Assembly (NCBI RefSeq): GCF_963921235.1
Contig: NC_086109.1
Span: 24,244,001-24,308,000, forward strand
Direction: 5' to 3'
Source: Mobula hypostoma
Lineage: Eukaryota
DNA length: 64,000 bases
Both the position numbers and the translations under genes were made by a program. Shown here one piece after another: positions 26,331 to 39,752 of this stretch. The notes under the pieces were generated by a model. That model was not told the origin of the DNA, made no database searches, and saw only the letters and a list, made by a program, of their open reading frames with translations. Each line of letters starts with the position of its first letter. Position 1 is the stretch's first letter.

Positions 26331-28839
26331 TTTGAATGACCGTCTGTGAGCCCAGACAGTCAGATCTGTCAGCTGTTCAACTGAAGTAAGAAGCACACAC
26401 AGGCTGACTTTTCTCTCTAACTCAATGAGAGCTTTATCTGATTCCTCACACCCTCACCCAGTGCAATGATTTTCCATTCGTTAATGGATAATAATACAAT
26501 AATAAAATTATAATAAATAAATACTGAGGGGCCAATAAACCAATAGTTTTCAACAAGAATATGAAGAATAGCAACTAGGATATGAAGAGACTGGTGTTGC
26601 TCTGGAAATTGGAAAACAAGTGGACGTAGGGCTTCTGGAAGTTTCACATTTTGGAAAAGTCAATGGCCTCAGAGGCAATAGGGGTAATGGTAAGGATTAG
26701 CCATTTCTACCCATCTACCTCTATCAATAAGACTTCCATATAGAGAGTCATAGAGCACTATAGCCCATAAACATGCTCTTCAGCCCATCTAGTCCATGCT
26801 GAGCTATTATTCTGCCTAGTCCTATCGATCTGCACCCAGACCATAGGCCTCCACACTCCTCCCATCAATGTACTTATCCAAATTTCTCCTACATGCTGAA
26901 AAATACACCGTCGAAACTCACAGAAATTAATTCAAGAAAGTTTCCCTCGATCATTGAGATCGTAAGAATTTCTTTGTTTCCAAACACCTCCTCAAGTCAC
27001 ATCTCATGTGCAACTGGGCACAATGGCAGTTGCTCTGTCATTACTCAGCAGGGTATGTACGAGAAATCCCTGCCAAACAGCAGCTAACACACAGACTGCA
27101 GTGGCTCAAGAGAAAGGACACCTGTGCTCGCATTCTCTTCTGCCTCTCCACCAGACACCCAACAGCTTACAGGGCATTTGTGCTTTTACCTAATAAAAAG
27201 AGAAGGAAATTGCTAATAGGTAAGATGTGAATGCTGTTGGTGAACATTGCTCAGCGTATTATGTTGTGCACTGACTGTTATCATTAGTTCAAGGAACGAT
27301 AGGAAGCCATTTGCTCCATCTAACATATTTTGCCCTTCATTTTTATCACAGAAGATCTGTATCTTAACTTTATCTACCTGTTTTGATTTCCTAATCCTTC
27401 ATAATATTCATAACAAAGATAGTTAAATCTCACATTTGAAATATTCAAGTGATCCTGGATTCCCACAGCCTTATTTTGTGTGTGTGAATTTCTTTTTGAT
27501 ATCGGTTCTGAATAGCCCAACTCATCATGAGGTTATGCGTGGATTCTGGAGGGAGTGTTTCTCTCTAGCCAAGTGGCATGGATGTCAAGTGTATGACTGA
27601 GCCTGGAGCCTATGGTTTCTATCTTCCTAATGTTGTAGTTTTAGAACTCCTGAGCCCTCATTGATGTTTGATGGACAGTCTAAAACACAGATAAAGGCGT
27701 GGGGGGGGTCAAGGGAATCTGGTGTCAGCAGTGTATGTCTAGAAGCTGAGTTTGTGCATGGATGAGGGACAGAAGATAGACTCAGGCTGAATGGCCTAAT
27801 TTTGCTTCTGTATCTTATGGTCTTATGGACAAAGGCCCAAAATGGCACACGAGAAGCACTTTTGGCAGTTAAGGGAGAGCGCAAGCAATAGCAATGTCTT
27901 GAGAGAGTTTCTTCCAGACTTCAATTCCACATCCTCAAAATAAATAACGTAATATAATTGAGAAATTCATTTCTGATTGCTTAACCTTTACTTGCACATC
28001 TAAATGTTCTGGAAGTATTTTGTTCTAATGACATACTGTAGTTTCTGCCATTTTAAGTTGCTTGCTTAAAATAGTCTTGGCTACTCATCAAACTTCACAA
28101 ATATATTTTTTTTTATAAAGCACAGGCCATATAAAACTGAACGTGCATACAGCAGCTTTTGTTGGAGCTTGGATTTTTCTTGGTTTGTGTATACAGCCCC
28201 TTCTCCACAGGTTAATACTTAATATAAATACAGGTTTCCTTTGTTCATTATACCAGCTGGACTTTCAAGAAGAACTGCAGCTTAGGACTGTAGCCTCTGG
28301 GTCCTAATTGAAGGTTGTTCCTGTCTCAGGTACACCAGAGTTAAAATTGTAGGGTTCGACTTCCAGACTTTTTCCCACAAGAGCAGATTCACGCTTCCAG
28401 TACAAAGCTGTTTAAATCTATGACATTATCTACCTGGAAGCTATTCCAAAAATTTAGGGCATCATATGCTACTGAAAATAGCTCGAGGCTTACTCATAAT
28501 ATATATTTCCTTCTGACATTGAGTAGGGTGTTTCGCCCATTGTGTCCATGCTGACTCTTAAAGCAATCCCATGCCCTGCTTATTTCCCTGTAACCTACTC
28601 ATATACATATCAACACTCACCTGCCACCCTCACCAGAGGTAATACATAGTGGACAATTATTCTACCAGACAGCATGTCTTTGGAATGTGGCAGGACACCA
28701 GGGGAAAATTCTTACTGTCAATGAACAACCATGCAAACTCCACACAGACAGCACTATAGGTCAGTATCATTGTGCTGTTGTGCTGATAACAATGACTGAA
28801 TGTAGTAAAATGGAAGGGGTATGGTATATTACTGAACTC

Positions 28840-29175
28840 GTAATGCAGGGGTATGAATTTAAGATCTCTAACAGAGGCATGAGTTCATGTGTCAGTGTGA
28901 CAGCTGGGAGATTTAAGTCCAGTTAATTAAATGAATCTGGAATAAAGAACCAGCAATTGTGCTCAAGACATTACAGATAATTGTAGAAACCCATTCAGTT
29001 CACTGATGTCCTTTAGTAAAGGAAATCTGTTGTCTTTGTCTCGTCTGGCCTACAAGCAATTCCAGAGCCGGAGGAATGCCACCTGACATTGCTATATAAG
29101 AAAATTTCAGATGAAGGGATTTCAGGCATGGGCAATAAATGGTTGCTTGCTCAGAGATGCCCATATCCTATGAAC
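28840..29175 (+). mobile_element. Old SINE remnant (related pieces at ~61720-62250)
   Basis: gttcactgatgtccttt..ggaaatctg..tctggcctaca and gggcaataaatg tail. Confidence 0.5.
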
Positions 29176-30734
29176 AAACTAAAAATGAAGTTACTTTTCT
29201 GAAATAAACTATTCAATTTTTGCAGAAAGAATGGCTGCAGTATGGTGACATCACGGGAAGTTGGCATTCTTCAAACTTTACATGGTTGGCAGCAGTGTCT
29301 AAGGCACAGCAGGCATTGTCCCATCAAAGCTGCTTGTTCCTAAAAGCCACTCTTAAAATATTAACTTTTTACTAGGACTTGTAACAATAATGTGGAACAC
29401 AATGGTCAAGAGCACAAGTGTTCAACATTTACTGGCTGAGCTGGCCAAGAGAAAGCTTAACTTAGAAGATGAAGGTGATTAACCATGGCCAGTTGAAAAA
29501 GGAGGAAGCCCCATCAGCACTTGAACACATTTTGTCATTCAATAGGACTATAACCGAGCAATATTTTAACTTCATTGATCGTCCTCCGTGCATACATCCA
29601 ATGAATTATGTTATCCTTAGTCTGGAGAGCTCTAGCTGCCCTTTAACATTTACTACTTTGGGTGAATAAGCTCAAGATTTCCAAAATCCTTTGGGTCAAA
29701 AATTGCTTCCTGCTTCCAGTCCTAAATAGTTTGGTTCTAATTTTGGTAGTTACCACTCACTACTTTCCAGTCATTCCTGTGGGAGGGTGAATGTGAACTT
29801 CAGATCAGTTTCCGATTGGACAAGTTCCCAATCTTCAAATGATTTATTTGATGACATCATGGATGACAAACGAAGGTAGTGCGATGTGACGAGTAAAAAC
29901 TTCTTGGAGACATAGCAAGAAACTACAAGGATAAAAATGTCAGTGTGGAATAAAACTAAAAATAAAACAAAAAGCTGACATGAAACAGGGGAATTTGGAC
30001 AAATGAACGAGAAGTGATTTAGACATTAGGGTTTTTGAGAACAGTCCAAGGATTATAATATAAATGCGAACTAATACTGAGATTGGGTTGGAATGCTTCA
30101 CTGGAAGTCAACTGGGATGATCTTGGATTTAGGTTCGACTGCCCTGTACAGGACTGGCTGGACCAGTGTGTAACTAATAATCCTTTCTGCTGACAGCCCT
30201 TTGTGGCTACAGTTCGGTTACTCACTGCCAAGACTTTCTCATCATACAACTGTGAAACAATGAACCTTTAGAACTCAAGTACTGCTTTCATCCCGGAGCC
30301 TAATTAACTAAATCAGGAAGACAAAGCATTCAACTATCTCCTGTAAAGAAACAAAGTCAGTCCCGTGTAATTTAGCCTGGCTTTGATTTACTCAGTTGTT
30401 GTGCTCAGTAATCTCTTTTTCTCAGGACACAGAAGCCAAACCTTCTCCGCAATTTTTAATTTGCATGTTTTTCCCCTTAGTTTCCTTTGCCCAGTTGCTG
30501 TCATATTCTGTTGCAGCTGGAGTTTAGGTTCTTTGAGGATAAGGCAGGCAAAGGGTCCAAGAGATTTCAGAGTCTAAGCTGGGCATGTCAGTCTCACATC
30601 AGTGTTATCTCACACTGTATCATCAGAATCAGGGTCAATATCACTGGCATATGGCATGAAATTTGTTGTCTTTGCAGCAGCAATACACTGCAATATATAA
30701 TAATAAAAAAAACTGAAAATTACAGTAAGTATAT

Positions 30735-30735
30735 A

Positions 30736-30774
<39 letters not shown>

Positions 30775-30801
30775 ATAGATAAATAAATAAATAAATAAAT
30801 A
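30735..30801. repeat. (TAAA)n microsatellite inside a Rex1-type 3' tail
   Basis: Directly visible. Confidence 0.95.
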
Positions 30802-31328
30802 GACACACACACATATATATATATACATACATATATAAAATAGTTAATTTAAATAAGTATTGCAAAAGTAGAAATTAAAAAGTAGTGAGGTAGTGTTCCT
30901 GGATTCAGAAATCTGAGGGGAAGAAGCTGTTCCTGAATTGTTGTTCTTCACATGTTCCAGTAATTGACCACATAAACCCTGACACCAAAATGGAGGCTGG
31001 ATGTCAGAAACTGTTGCTCGAGAGGAGAGTTATAGTGCCTTTTCATTTTATCCTACTCAAAATAGTTACATCGGTGTCTCAGTTTCTATCTGTGGCTTGG
31101 ATGGCAAACATTTTATACCTGCTCCACGACAGTGAACAGACGATAACAGTTGCAAGAAAAGGTTTGTGAACTCTTTACAATTACCTGATTTTGTGCACTA
31201 ATTACTCATAAAATGTGGTCTGATCTTCATCAAAGTCACAATAATAGACAAACACAATCTGTCTAAATTAATAACACACAAACAATTGTACTTTTCATGT
31301 CTTTATTGAACACATTGTTCAATCATTC

Positions 31329-31908
31329 CAACACTCACAACGTGCTGGAGGAACTCAGCAGGTTGGGCAGCATCCGTGGAAACGATCAGTCAACGTTTCG
31401 GGCCGGAATCCTTCGTCAGGACTGTAGAGGGATGGGGCAGAGACCCTATAAAGAAGGTGGGGGGAGGGTGGGAAGGAGAAGGCTGGTAGGTTCCAGGTGA
31501 AAAACCAGTAAGGGGAAAGATAAAGGGGTGGGGGAAGGGAGGCAGGGAGGTGATAGGCAGGAAAGGTGAAGAAGGAATAGGGGAAAACACAATGGGTAGT
31601 AGAAGGAGGTGGAACCATGAGGGAGGTGATAGGCAGCTGGGGGAGGGGGCAGAGTGACATAGGGATAGGGGAAGGGAGGGGGAGGGAATTACCAGAAGTT
31701 GGAGAATTCTATGTTCATACCAAGGGGCTGGAGACTACTTAGAAGGTATATGAGGTGTTGCTCCTCCAACCTGAGTTTAGCCTCATCATGGCAGTAGAGG
31801 AGGCCATGTATGGACATATCTGAATGGGAGTGGGAAGCAGAGTTGAAGTGGGTGGCTACTGGGAGATCCTGTCTGTTTTGGCGGACGGAGCAGAGGTGCT
31901 TGACCTCC
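31329..31908 (-). mobile_element. 5'-truncated Penelope-like element (GIY-YIG C-terminus plus terminal repeat) nested in the Tc1 left TIR
   Basis: ORF 31689..31916 LPVATHFN..H..LEEQHLIY.L.SLQP.GMNIEF. Confidence 0.88.
31387..31424 (-). ncRNA. Minimal type I hammerhead ribozyme motif
   Basis: Minus strand: CAGUC CUGACGA AGGAUUCCGGCCC GAAAC GUU GACUG, giving stem I CAGUC/GACUG, cores CUGAnGA and GAAA, a weak stem II and a vestigial stem III. Confidence 0.7.
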
Positions 31909-34212
31909 TTGTTCAATCAAGAAGATTGAACAAGGTGCTTGTTCTATCATTCACAGCCCAGGCTGGAAAAAGTATGTGAACCCTTGTATTTAATGACTGA
32001 TAGAACTTCCTTTAACACCAATAATCTCCACCAAGTGTTCCCTTTAGTTACTGTTCAGACTTGCACAATGGCAAGGACAAATTTTAGACCATTCCTCCTT
32101 ACAAAATTGTTTCAGTTCATCAGTATTTCTGGGATGCTTTGAATGAACAATCCTCCTCAGGTCATGCCACAGCATCTCAATTGGGTTAGGGTCCGGACTC
32201 TGACTTGGCCATTCCAAAACAAAACTTACTTCTTTTTAAACCATTCGGCTGTTGACTTATTCTTGTGTTTCAGTCATTATCTTGTTGCAACATCCAACTT
32301 CTATTAAGTTTCAGGTGATGGACCACTACCCTGACATTCTCCTGTAAAATGCCTCGATAAAATTTTTAATTCATTGTTCCTCAGTGGTTGCAAGCTGTTC
32401 AGGCCCTGAGGCAACAAAGCAGCCCTAAACCATAATGCTCCCTCCACCTGGGGGTGAGGTTTTGGTATTGGTGTACAGTGTCCTTTTCCCTCCAAATATA
32501 GTGCTGTGCACTTCTGTCAAAAAGTTCAGCAGTTGCCTCATCTGTCCACAGAACATTGTCCCAGGAGCATTGTGGAATTTCCAAATGGTCTTTTGCAAGT
32601 TTGAGATGTGCAGCAATGGTTTTTTTTTGGAGAGCAGTGGTTTCTTAGGTGGTGTCCTTCCATGAACATCATTCTTGTTCAGTATTTTTCTTATATTGGA
32701 CACAAATTTTAGAGATTTCTGCTGGTCTTTTGTTATTACCCTTGGGTTCGTTTTCACCTCTTTCCGCATTGCACGTTGTGCTCTTAGTGTGATCTTATCA
32801 GGATGCCCACTCCTAGGGAGAGTAGCAACAGTACTCATTTTCCTCCATTTGTAGATAATTTCTCTTACTGTGGACTGACGAACACTCAAGGTCTTTAGAA
32901 ATGCTTTTGTAGTCTTTTCCAGCTTTGTGCATCTCTACAATTCTTTTTCTAAGATCCTCTGAAAGTTGTTTTGATTGAGGCACCGTGCACGTAAGCAGAT
33001 CTTTTTCTGAGAAGAGCAGGCTCTGTCAGTAACCTGAATGCATGTCTTTTTTTATAGGGCAAGGCACCTCTACAACCCACACCTCCAATCTCATCTCATT
33101 GATTGGAACATCTGACTCTAAATTAGCTTTTGTAGAAGGCATTACTCCAAAGGTTCAGATAATCTTTTGATCCTAGACTGTGATTATTTAAATGGTGTAT
33201 GTTGTATTGATGAGAAGAAGTACAATTGTTTATGTGTTATTAGTTTAGGCAGATTGTGTTTGTCTATTATTGTGACTTAGATGACGATCAGACCACATTT
33301 TTTGAGTAATTAATGCAGAAAACCAGGTAATTGCAAAGGATTCACAAAATTTTTCTTGCAACTGTATTTCCAACAGACATGTGGCAACTCCTGCATCTCT
33401 GCAGGTTTCTTATCTCATCCTTCAGAAGAGGTTGATCCTTATTGCATTGAACTTTCTAGTCTCCAATAAAACAATTGAAATGTAGATAGCCCAGTAAAAG
33501 AACAGATTATTTACAATGTATTTTACATTAATTAAAGAATTGTAGGTATCATTAACAAGTGCAGCTTTATTACTTAACTACTTTAGGAAGCCCTAATTTG
33601 TTTTGGCAATGTGTTGGTGAATTATTGCTTTAATTGGTGTGATAGCTTGAGGAGATTTCTGGACTTTAACCTCATAAGAATCAACAAAATAGTATTACAT
33701 GTCCTTGGTGGGCTTACACATGTTGCCCTTATCCTTTGCTGAGCAGGGAATCATCAGTTTAGACGATGGAATTGAGACCTTGCTGAGTTATGCATGGTGC
33801 AGTTTGTAGACTAGATACAATGCAACCAGTGTACACAATGATGGAGAGAGCCCATGTTTAATGTAGTGGTAGAACTCCAATTAGGTGGCCTGCTTTGTTC
33901 CGGATGATGCTAAGGTACTTGTGTGTTGTTTGAACTGTACACATCCCAATAAGTGTTGTCACATTTCTGATGTTCTATTTAGGTGGAGCAAAGGCTAGGG
34001 AGAATACGTAGGTGAATTATTCTGCACAAGCAATCACAAGGAGCCACAGTATAAATGTGGCTGGTCCAGTTAAACTTGGGTGATGGATGGCCTGCACTGC
34101 CTCAGTGGTGAGAAGAGCCTGTTTCCATGCTGTATGTCTCCATAACTCTCTGACTAATTCTGTCCAGTACTGTTGCCCAAGAATTTAATGGTAGCATTGG
34201 TATTGGTTTCCT

Positions 34213-34605
34213 ACAAGAGGACCAGAACCTTGTCATGGCTTGGAGGCTCGCATGTAGAGCCATGCGGGCTTTACACTTTGGCTCTTGGTAGGGTCACCCA
34301 TGCCAAATAGGTCATAAGTTAGAGGCCAGACTAAGAGTGGTCTATGGTCCTTCAGGTTTGGAGGTTCAGCTCAGGGCCAACAACCTTGAATGGTCAAACA
34401 AAACAAAACAGAGAAAACAATGAAGAATCCTTGTTAACGTGCAACAATATTTCTGAGTCTCCACCCAGAACTTTCATGGCTGGTTGTAGTGAAAACTGAG
34501 TGGAAGCTACCGACACAATAAAAGAAGCCCTAAACACTGCCAAAAAGGTGGAGGACCCTCATTGCTGCCCTAAACACCAGCAGGCATAATGGGCAGTAAG
34601 CAAGA
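34213..34605 (+). mobile_element. Non-autonomous RTE-related retroelement (copy 2)
   Basis: Colinear with 9160-9560. Confidence 0.6.
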
Positions 34606-36369
34606 ATGGGTTTAATATTGACACATATACAGTGAAAAGCTCACCTTACATACTATTCCTACAGATCAAAAATCACTTCATGGTGCATTGAGTAGAGCAA
34701 GGGAAAGCAATAACAATGCAGAACAAAGAGTAAAATCTACAGAGAAAGTGGAGTGCAGGAAAACAATAAAGTACAAGATTACAACAAGGTAGATTGTGAG
34801 GTCAAGAATCCATTTTGTTGTACAAGAGTCTGATAACTGTGGGATAGAAGCTGTCCTTGAGACCAGGAGTACATGCTTTCATGCTTTTGTATCCGGAGTA
34901 ACTCACAAAGGTTATCATGTTGAGTATTAGAGAGAAATGGTTAAACTCTTTCGATGGATGTGGTAAATTCAAGGTAATTCTGGCTGTAAAGGTCTTTGGG
35001 ATATCTTGAACTTGTGAAAGACTTTGTTTGCTACAAGTTAATATTTTTATGTTATGTCCTAAAAATGATCATCTAAATTTCTCTGCCAAAGGAAATTACC
35101 AGGATCATGGAACTAGGATCAGAAGTGAGAAAATATTGCTCTAGTGTAATATTGGCCAGATTTGAGTGTGTAGATTTCCTCAGGAGATAAAGGATAGCAC
35201 ATCACTTCAAAACAAAATGTGTGGATTTGTGGTTCAAACCAAATAACTATGACCAAAAAACGAATTTCTACCCAGTTCTAAATGGCACTTGAATAAATTA
35301 TCTTGACAGCATCCGTGGCTTTCTGGAAAATGCAGGGGTTACAGTTTCTTTGTTGCTAACAACTTGTTCCCAGCAAGAGCTGGAAAAACAGAATCAGGCC
35401 AGGGAAAAACAATCACATCGCTAACTCAACAGAAATAAATCTAATCCAGCTCACACAAGATGATTAAAAAAATGTTCTCATTCTCATTGGAGTGCAGGTC
35501 CAAGATTTTCGGGGAAATCAAAATGAGCTGGAGTTCGTGCAGGAAAATTCTGCTAAAATACCAAGTCAGCTGTGATATTATCGAATGGTGGAGAAGACAC
35601 AAGGAGCCAAATGGCATACTTATGCTTCTTACTTATATTCTTAAGAATACTGACTCTCCCAGAGCAGTGATCCCATGACTACAGATTCTCAGTAGGGTAC
35701 AGGTTCCACTGGCACTAACTCTCAATCATTTATGAGATTTGAGGCATAGATTTTTTCCACAAGCACTGACCCTCTCCTGGGTAGGAATTCTCCTAGTAGG
35801 GACTTTCTCTGCTGTATGGCCCTCATCTGTGTTGGCTGCTTCTGGAGTATATGTTCCGCAGAAAATGACACTCCATTCATCTCATCAAAATCATTCAGCA
35901 AAACAATGGAAGCTGTTGTTAACATTTTTCTTTCACGGGCTCCTTTTCCCTCAGGATTGAGACCGATTTCCTTACATTCTGGTCTGTGGGTTCTGGGAGT
36001 GGCTGATGAGGCAGATGTGGGAATGGCAGCTGGGCTGGTAGTTTGCAAGGCAGTGAACTCATTCTGCCGCTTACACAGAACTTCTATATATTTCCAGTGG
36101 ATGCATTTAGGTTTCTCAGTACAATCCCAAATGCTACTTTTCCACTTTATACAGTTATGAACCAAAGATTCACAATGGCCAGTGGGAATGCTGCATTTCC
36201 TTAAGGAAACTTTCAGCACCCTTGTACACCTCCTGATCGATGAAATTCCATGCCTTTGTCTTGTTCCAGAGCAGTCTGCAGATCTATTGTAAGCTTCACC
36301 GGGAAATCTAAATTCTGGAGTACGGAGAGATTATCATCAGAGCAACATTTCATCAAGCATGCCAACACT

Positions 36370-36451
36370 CAGGGGTTCCCAACCTTTTTTATGCCATGGA
36401 TCAAAACCATTAAGCAAGGGGTCTATGGACTGCCCAGACTGCGAATCCTTG
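36370..36451. mobile_element. hAT MITE copy (decayed)
   Basis: Homologous to 14176-14255. Confidence 0.75.
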
Positions 36452-36624
36452 TTGGCAACAGAGAAATCCAGTAACACTGAATTAAAAGGGAATCTGGGAA
36501 AAACTGGTTGAAGCAGATAAAACTATGAGAGGTGTAGACAGGATAAACAATCACGTACTTGATTAGTAAGGCAGGAGAATGGGATTGAGATGGGCCGAGT
36601 GGCCTAACTCTGCTCCTGTTTTTA

Positions 36625-36935
36625 TTTTATTTTATTTAGAGATACAGCGCAGAGAATGCCCTTCTGGCCCTTTGAGCTGCACCACTCAGCGACCCCTGAC
36701 AACCCCGAGTTAAACTTAACCTAACCACGGGGCAATTTACGGTGACCAATTAACCTAGCCGGAATGCCTTTGTATTGTGGGAGGAAACCAACAGATCGGG
36801 GAAAATCAATCCCATGCATTCCACGGGATGGATGTGACAGAGACTCCTTACAGAGGACGCCGGGATTGAACTCTAAACTCCGACACCCAATGCTGCATTA
36901 GTGTCACGCTAACCACCATGCTACTGTGGTGTCCA
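36625..36935 (-). mobile_element. V-SINE-like SINE
   Basis: Reverse-complement homolog of 3543-3810. Confidence 0.7.
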
Positions 36936-36989
36936 TATCTTATCGTCTTATAGCATGCTATCTCCAAGAAAGGTAACTGCAGTTGATGG

Positions 36990-37640
36990 AGGCCAATCAT
37001 CTCTGCCTCATAACACTGACACAGGAGTTAATCCAGGTCCAACAATCTTCATCTGCTTCAGTTGCTTACTTTCCATCATAAAATAAAGATTGTGAGTGTT
37101 CTTTGATGACTCCACAGTATTTAACTTCATTTGTATTTCTTCCTATGCTAAACAATCCATGCTCATAATAGCAAAATTCACATTTGAACCAAGACTAGGC
37201 AGGTTACACAACAAGGATATCAAGAAATGACCCTCAGCAGCGATTGCATTGCCGTAATTGCATCAATATCTCTGCAGCGATCAGACCAGCAACTTAAATG
37301 GACCTGGGCATTAATGCTGGAGGGTATCAGAAACTGAGTACTCTTTGGCAAGGAACTTATCACCCGACTCCCAAAGATGTTGCACTACATGCAGGTAAGA
37401 CAGGAGCACAATCAGACAATACTGAAACAGTTTTCCACCATCTAGGATGAAGCTACCCATGCTATCTACCTCAGACAGTTACTGCCTCCATCACCAGCAT
37501 TTGTGGCTGCACCTTTTGGCACTTGCAAGTTAAACTTCCGCAGCTCACTGATGTTTCTTTAACGGTGTCTATTGAAATCTCAAACCTAGAATACAAGAGG
37601 AAGAAGTGCATGGGAAAACCATCATCTTTAATTACCCTCC
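36990..37640 (+). mobile_element. Very old LINE reverse-transcriptase remnant
   Basis: Decayed GPTIF.C...FDD, resembling the RT motifs GP.LF and FADD. Confidence 0.4.
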
Positions 37641-37889
37641 ATGTCTCTAACTTAGAAATATTATTGGTTCAATATTAAACTCCGTCCTTAAAAGCACATT
37701 TGGTGGACCTTCACTATAGACACGACAGAAGTTAAGTATATCACCACAAACTTTACAGCAAGGCCCACGAAGTAGAATCAGAACCAGGTTGACAATCACT
37801 GACATGCAGTATGTTATGAAATTTGGGTTATGTGGCAGTAGTGCAGTGCAATACAAGAAGAATTATTGTGAGTTGCAATAAGAAATATG

Positions 37890-38278
37890 TCATCATCATT
37901 ATGTGCAGTGTCATATGACGTAGGCAACCATGGTCTCATGACCATGATTGCTCTTGGCAAATTTTTTTACAGAAGTGGTTTGCTATTGCCTTCTTCTGGA
38001 GAGCATCTTGACAAGATAGGCGACCCCAGTCATTATTAATACTCTTCAAAGATTGTCTGCCTAGTGGTATGTCTGTCCAGACCTTGTGGTTTGCACCAGC
38101 TGCTCGTACCACCATCCACTCACCACCTGTTTCCATGGTTTCACATGACCCTGATTGGATTGGGGGGGAGGGGCTAAGCAAGTTCTGTACCTTGCCCAAG
38201 GGTGACCTGCAGGCTAGTGGAGGGGAGGGGCACCTTACACTTCCTTTAGTAGAGACACATCTCCACCCTGCCACCTAA
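37890..38278 (-). mobile_element. RTE/BovB-tail-like short element
   Basis: gaagtggtttgctattgccttcttctgg motif and (cat)n tail. Confidence 0.55.
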
Positions 38279-39299
38279 AAATGCATAAATAAGTAAATAG
38301 TCAAAAGAGAGTGCAAAAAAGTGAGGCAGTGTTAATGGTTTCATGGACCATTCAGAGATCTGGTGGCAGAGGGGAAGAAGCTGTTCCTAAAACACTAAGT
38401 GCTGATGGTAGTAATGAGAAGAAGACATGACATTCTGGTCACATCCCATAAATGAATTTAAATCATGTGCATATTTCCAAATGTGTGTGAAATCTTATGT
38501 GTGCATACAGATTTGATGAGGGCAAAAGCAGAGTAACTTCTGACGCCTTGTGTTGTACAATATCTGGCGCATGTTCCCTGTGAACAATGGCTACTTGGAT
38601 TTGAGCGCGCTTACCAGGCACTCTGCGCTATGACACAATTTAAGACGAGAAGGAAAGGAAATTGGCCCAATAAAGTATAAAAATTCCCACAACTCGACAG
38701 CCAAGATAACGTAAACTGCAGCTTAATTATCGGAAAATCTCACTCGGAAAATCTGGAAGCCAGAGGGAGCTGCCAAACCATGCTAAAAAGTTAAACAGTA
38801 AACACATTCAGAGACCAAAGCAAAATAGCAAGCCCACTGAACAGGTACAACTCAACGGCAAATAAGATGGTTGGCAACAAGACAGGAAATAAAAACAAGG
38901 CCTTGATATTTACAGGAGATCAACAAGGGAGGGAGAGATTTAGGCAGCGAGGAGTGTTGTGGAAAAAGGGAAGGAGCAGGCAAGGGACTAAACATATCAA
39001 CAACTAAGAAACTGTAAAGGCGAGAAGTGGATGTATTAGGAAATTTAATGGAATGATATATTTAAAGTTAACTACCCATCAGATTGAAAAGCTGTGCTGG
39101 GTGTTTCACAGGATACCCTGCCCCCAAGGCAGTATGGGGGCCTGGTTGGGCTACAGGTCTCTCGAAACGTCAAGATAACTTAGTGCAGGAGAGCAGGAGG
39201 TGGAGAACGAATGGAGGGAATGCAGTTGTGATGGTGGAGGTAGTGGGAAACATGGCTACTCCTGGAAGAGAAATAGGAAAACAAAACATTCTAGAGATT

Positions 39300-39752
39300 A
39301 CCGCACAGGATTGAAAGAAGCTACAGAAATTGGTTGAATTAATCAACTCCATCTTGGGCAGTAGCCTCTGTAGTATCCAAGACATCTTCAAGGAGCGATG
39401 CCTCAGTAAGAAACTGTCCATTATTAAGGACCCCCGTCACTCAGGACATGCCATCTTCTCATCAGTACCATCTTGAGGAGGTACAGAAGCCTGAAGGCAC
39501 ACACTCAGCAATTCAGGAACTGTTTCTTCCCCTCTGCCTTATGATTCCTAAATGGACATTGAACCCATGAATACTACCTCACTTCTTTTAATATTATTTC
39601 TGTTTTTGCACTATTATTAGTTTAACTATTTAATATAAAAATATACACTTACTGTCATTGATTTATTTATTTTTTTCTATATAATCATGCACCTGCTGCC
39701 GCTAAATTAACAAATTTCATGACATATGCCGGTGATACTAGACCTGATTCTG
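39300..39752 (+). mobile_element. Rex1/Babar LINE 3' end
   Basis: Decayed KKLQK..QDIFKERC..SIIKDP.H.GH..RYRSLKAHT..FRN.FFPSA. Confidence 0.8.

Larger units (their letters stand above)
31147..33364 (-). mobile_element. Tc1-like DNA transposon (IR/DR type), inactive
   Basis: Long TIRs beginning cagttgcaagaaaa and ending ttttcttgcaactg|ta; frameshifted transposase (ORF 32425..32889 HTH region ..STVREIIYKWR..LPRSGHP; ORF 32399..32584 VLWTDE, first catalytic Asp). Confidence 0.93.

Noticed and set aside
30610..30865. YLFI-repeat ORFs
   Set aside because: Translation of the (TAAA)n microsatellite
35722..36219. 165-aa ORF
   Set aside because: Non-ATG start, no recognisable domain or exon structure; consistent with chance
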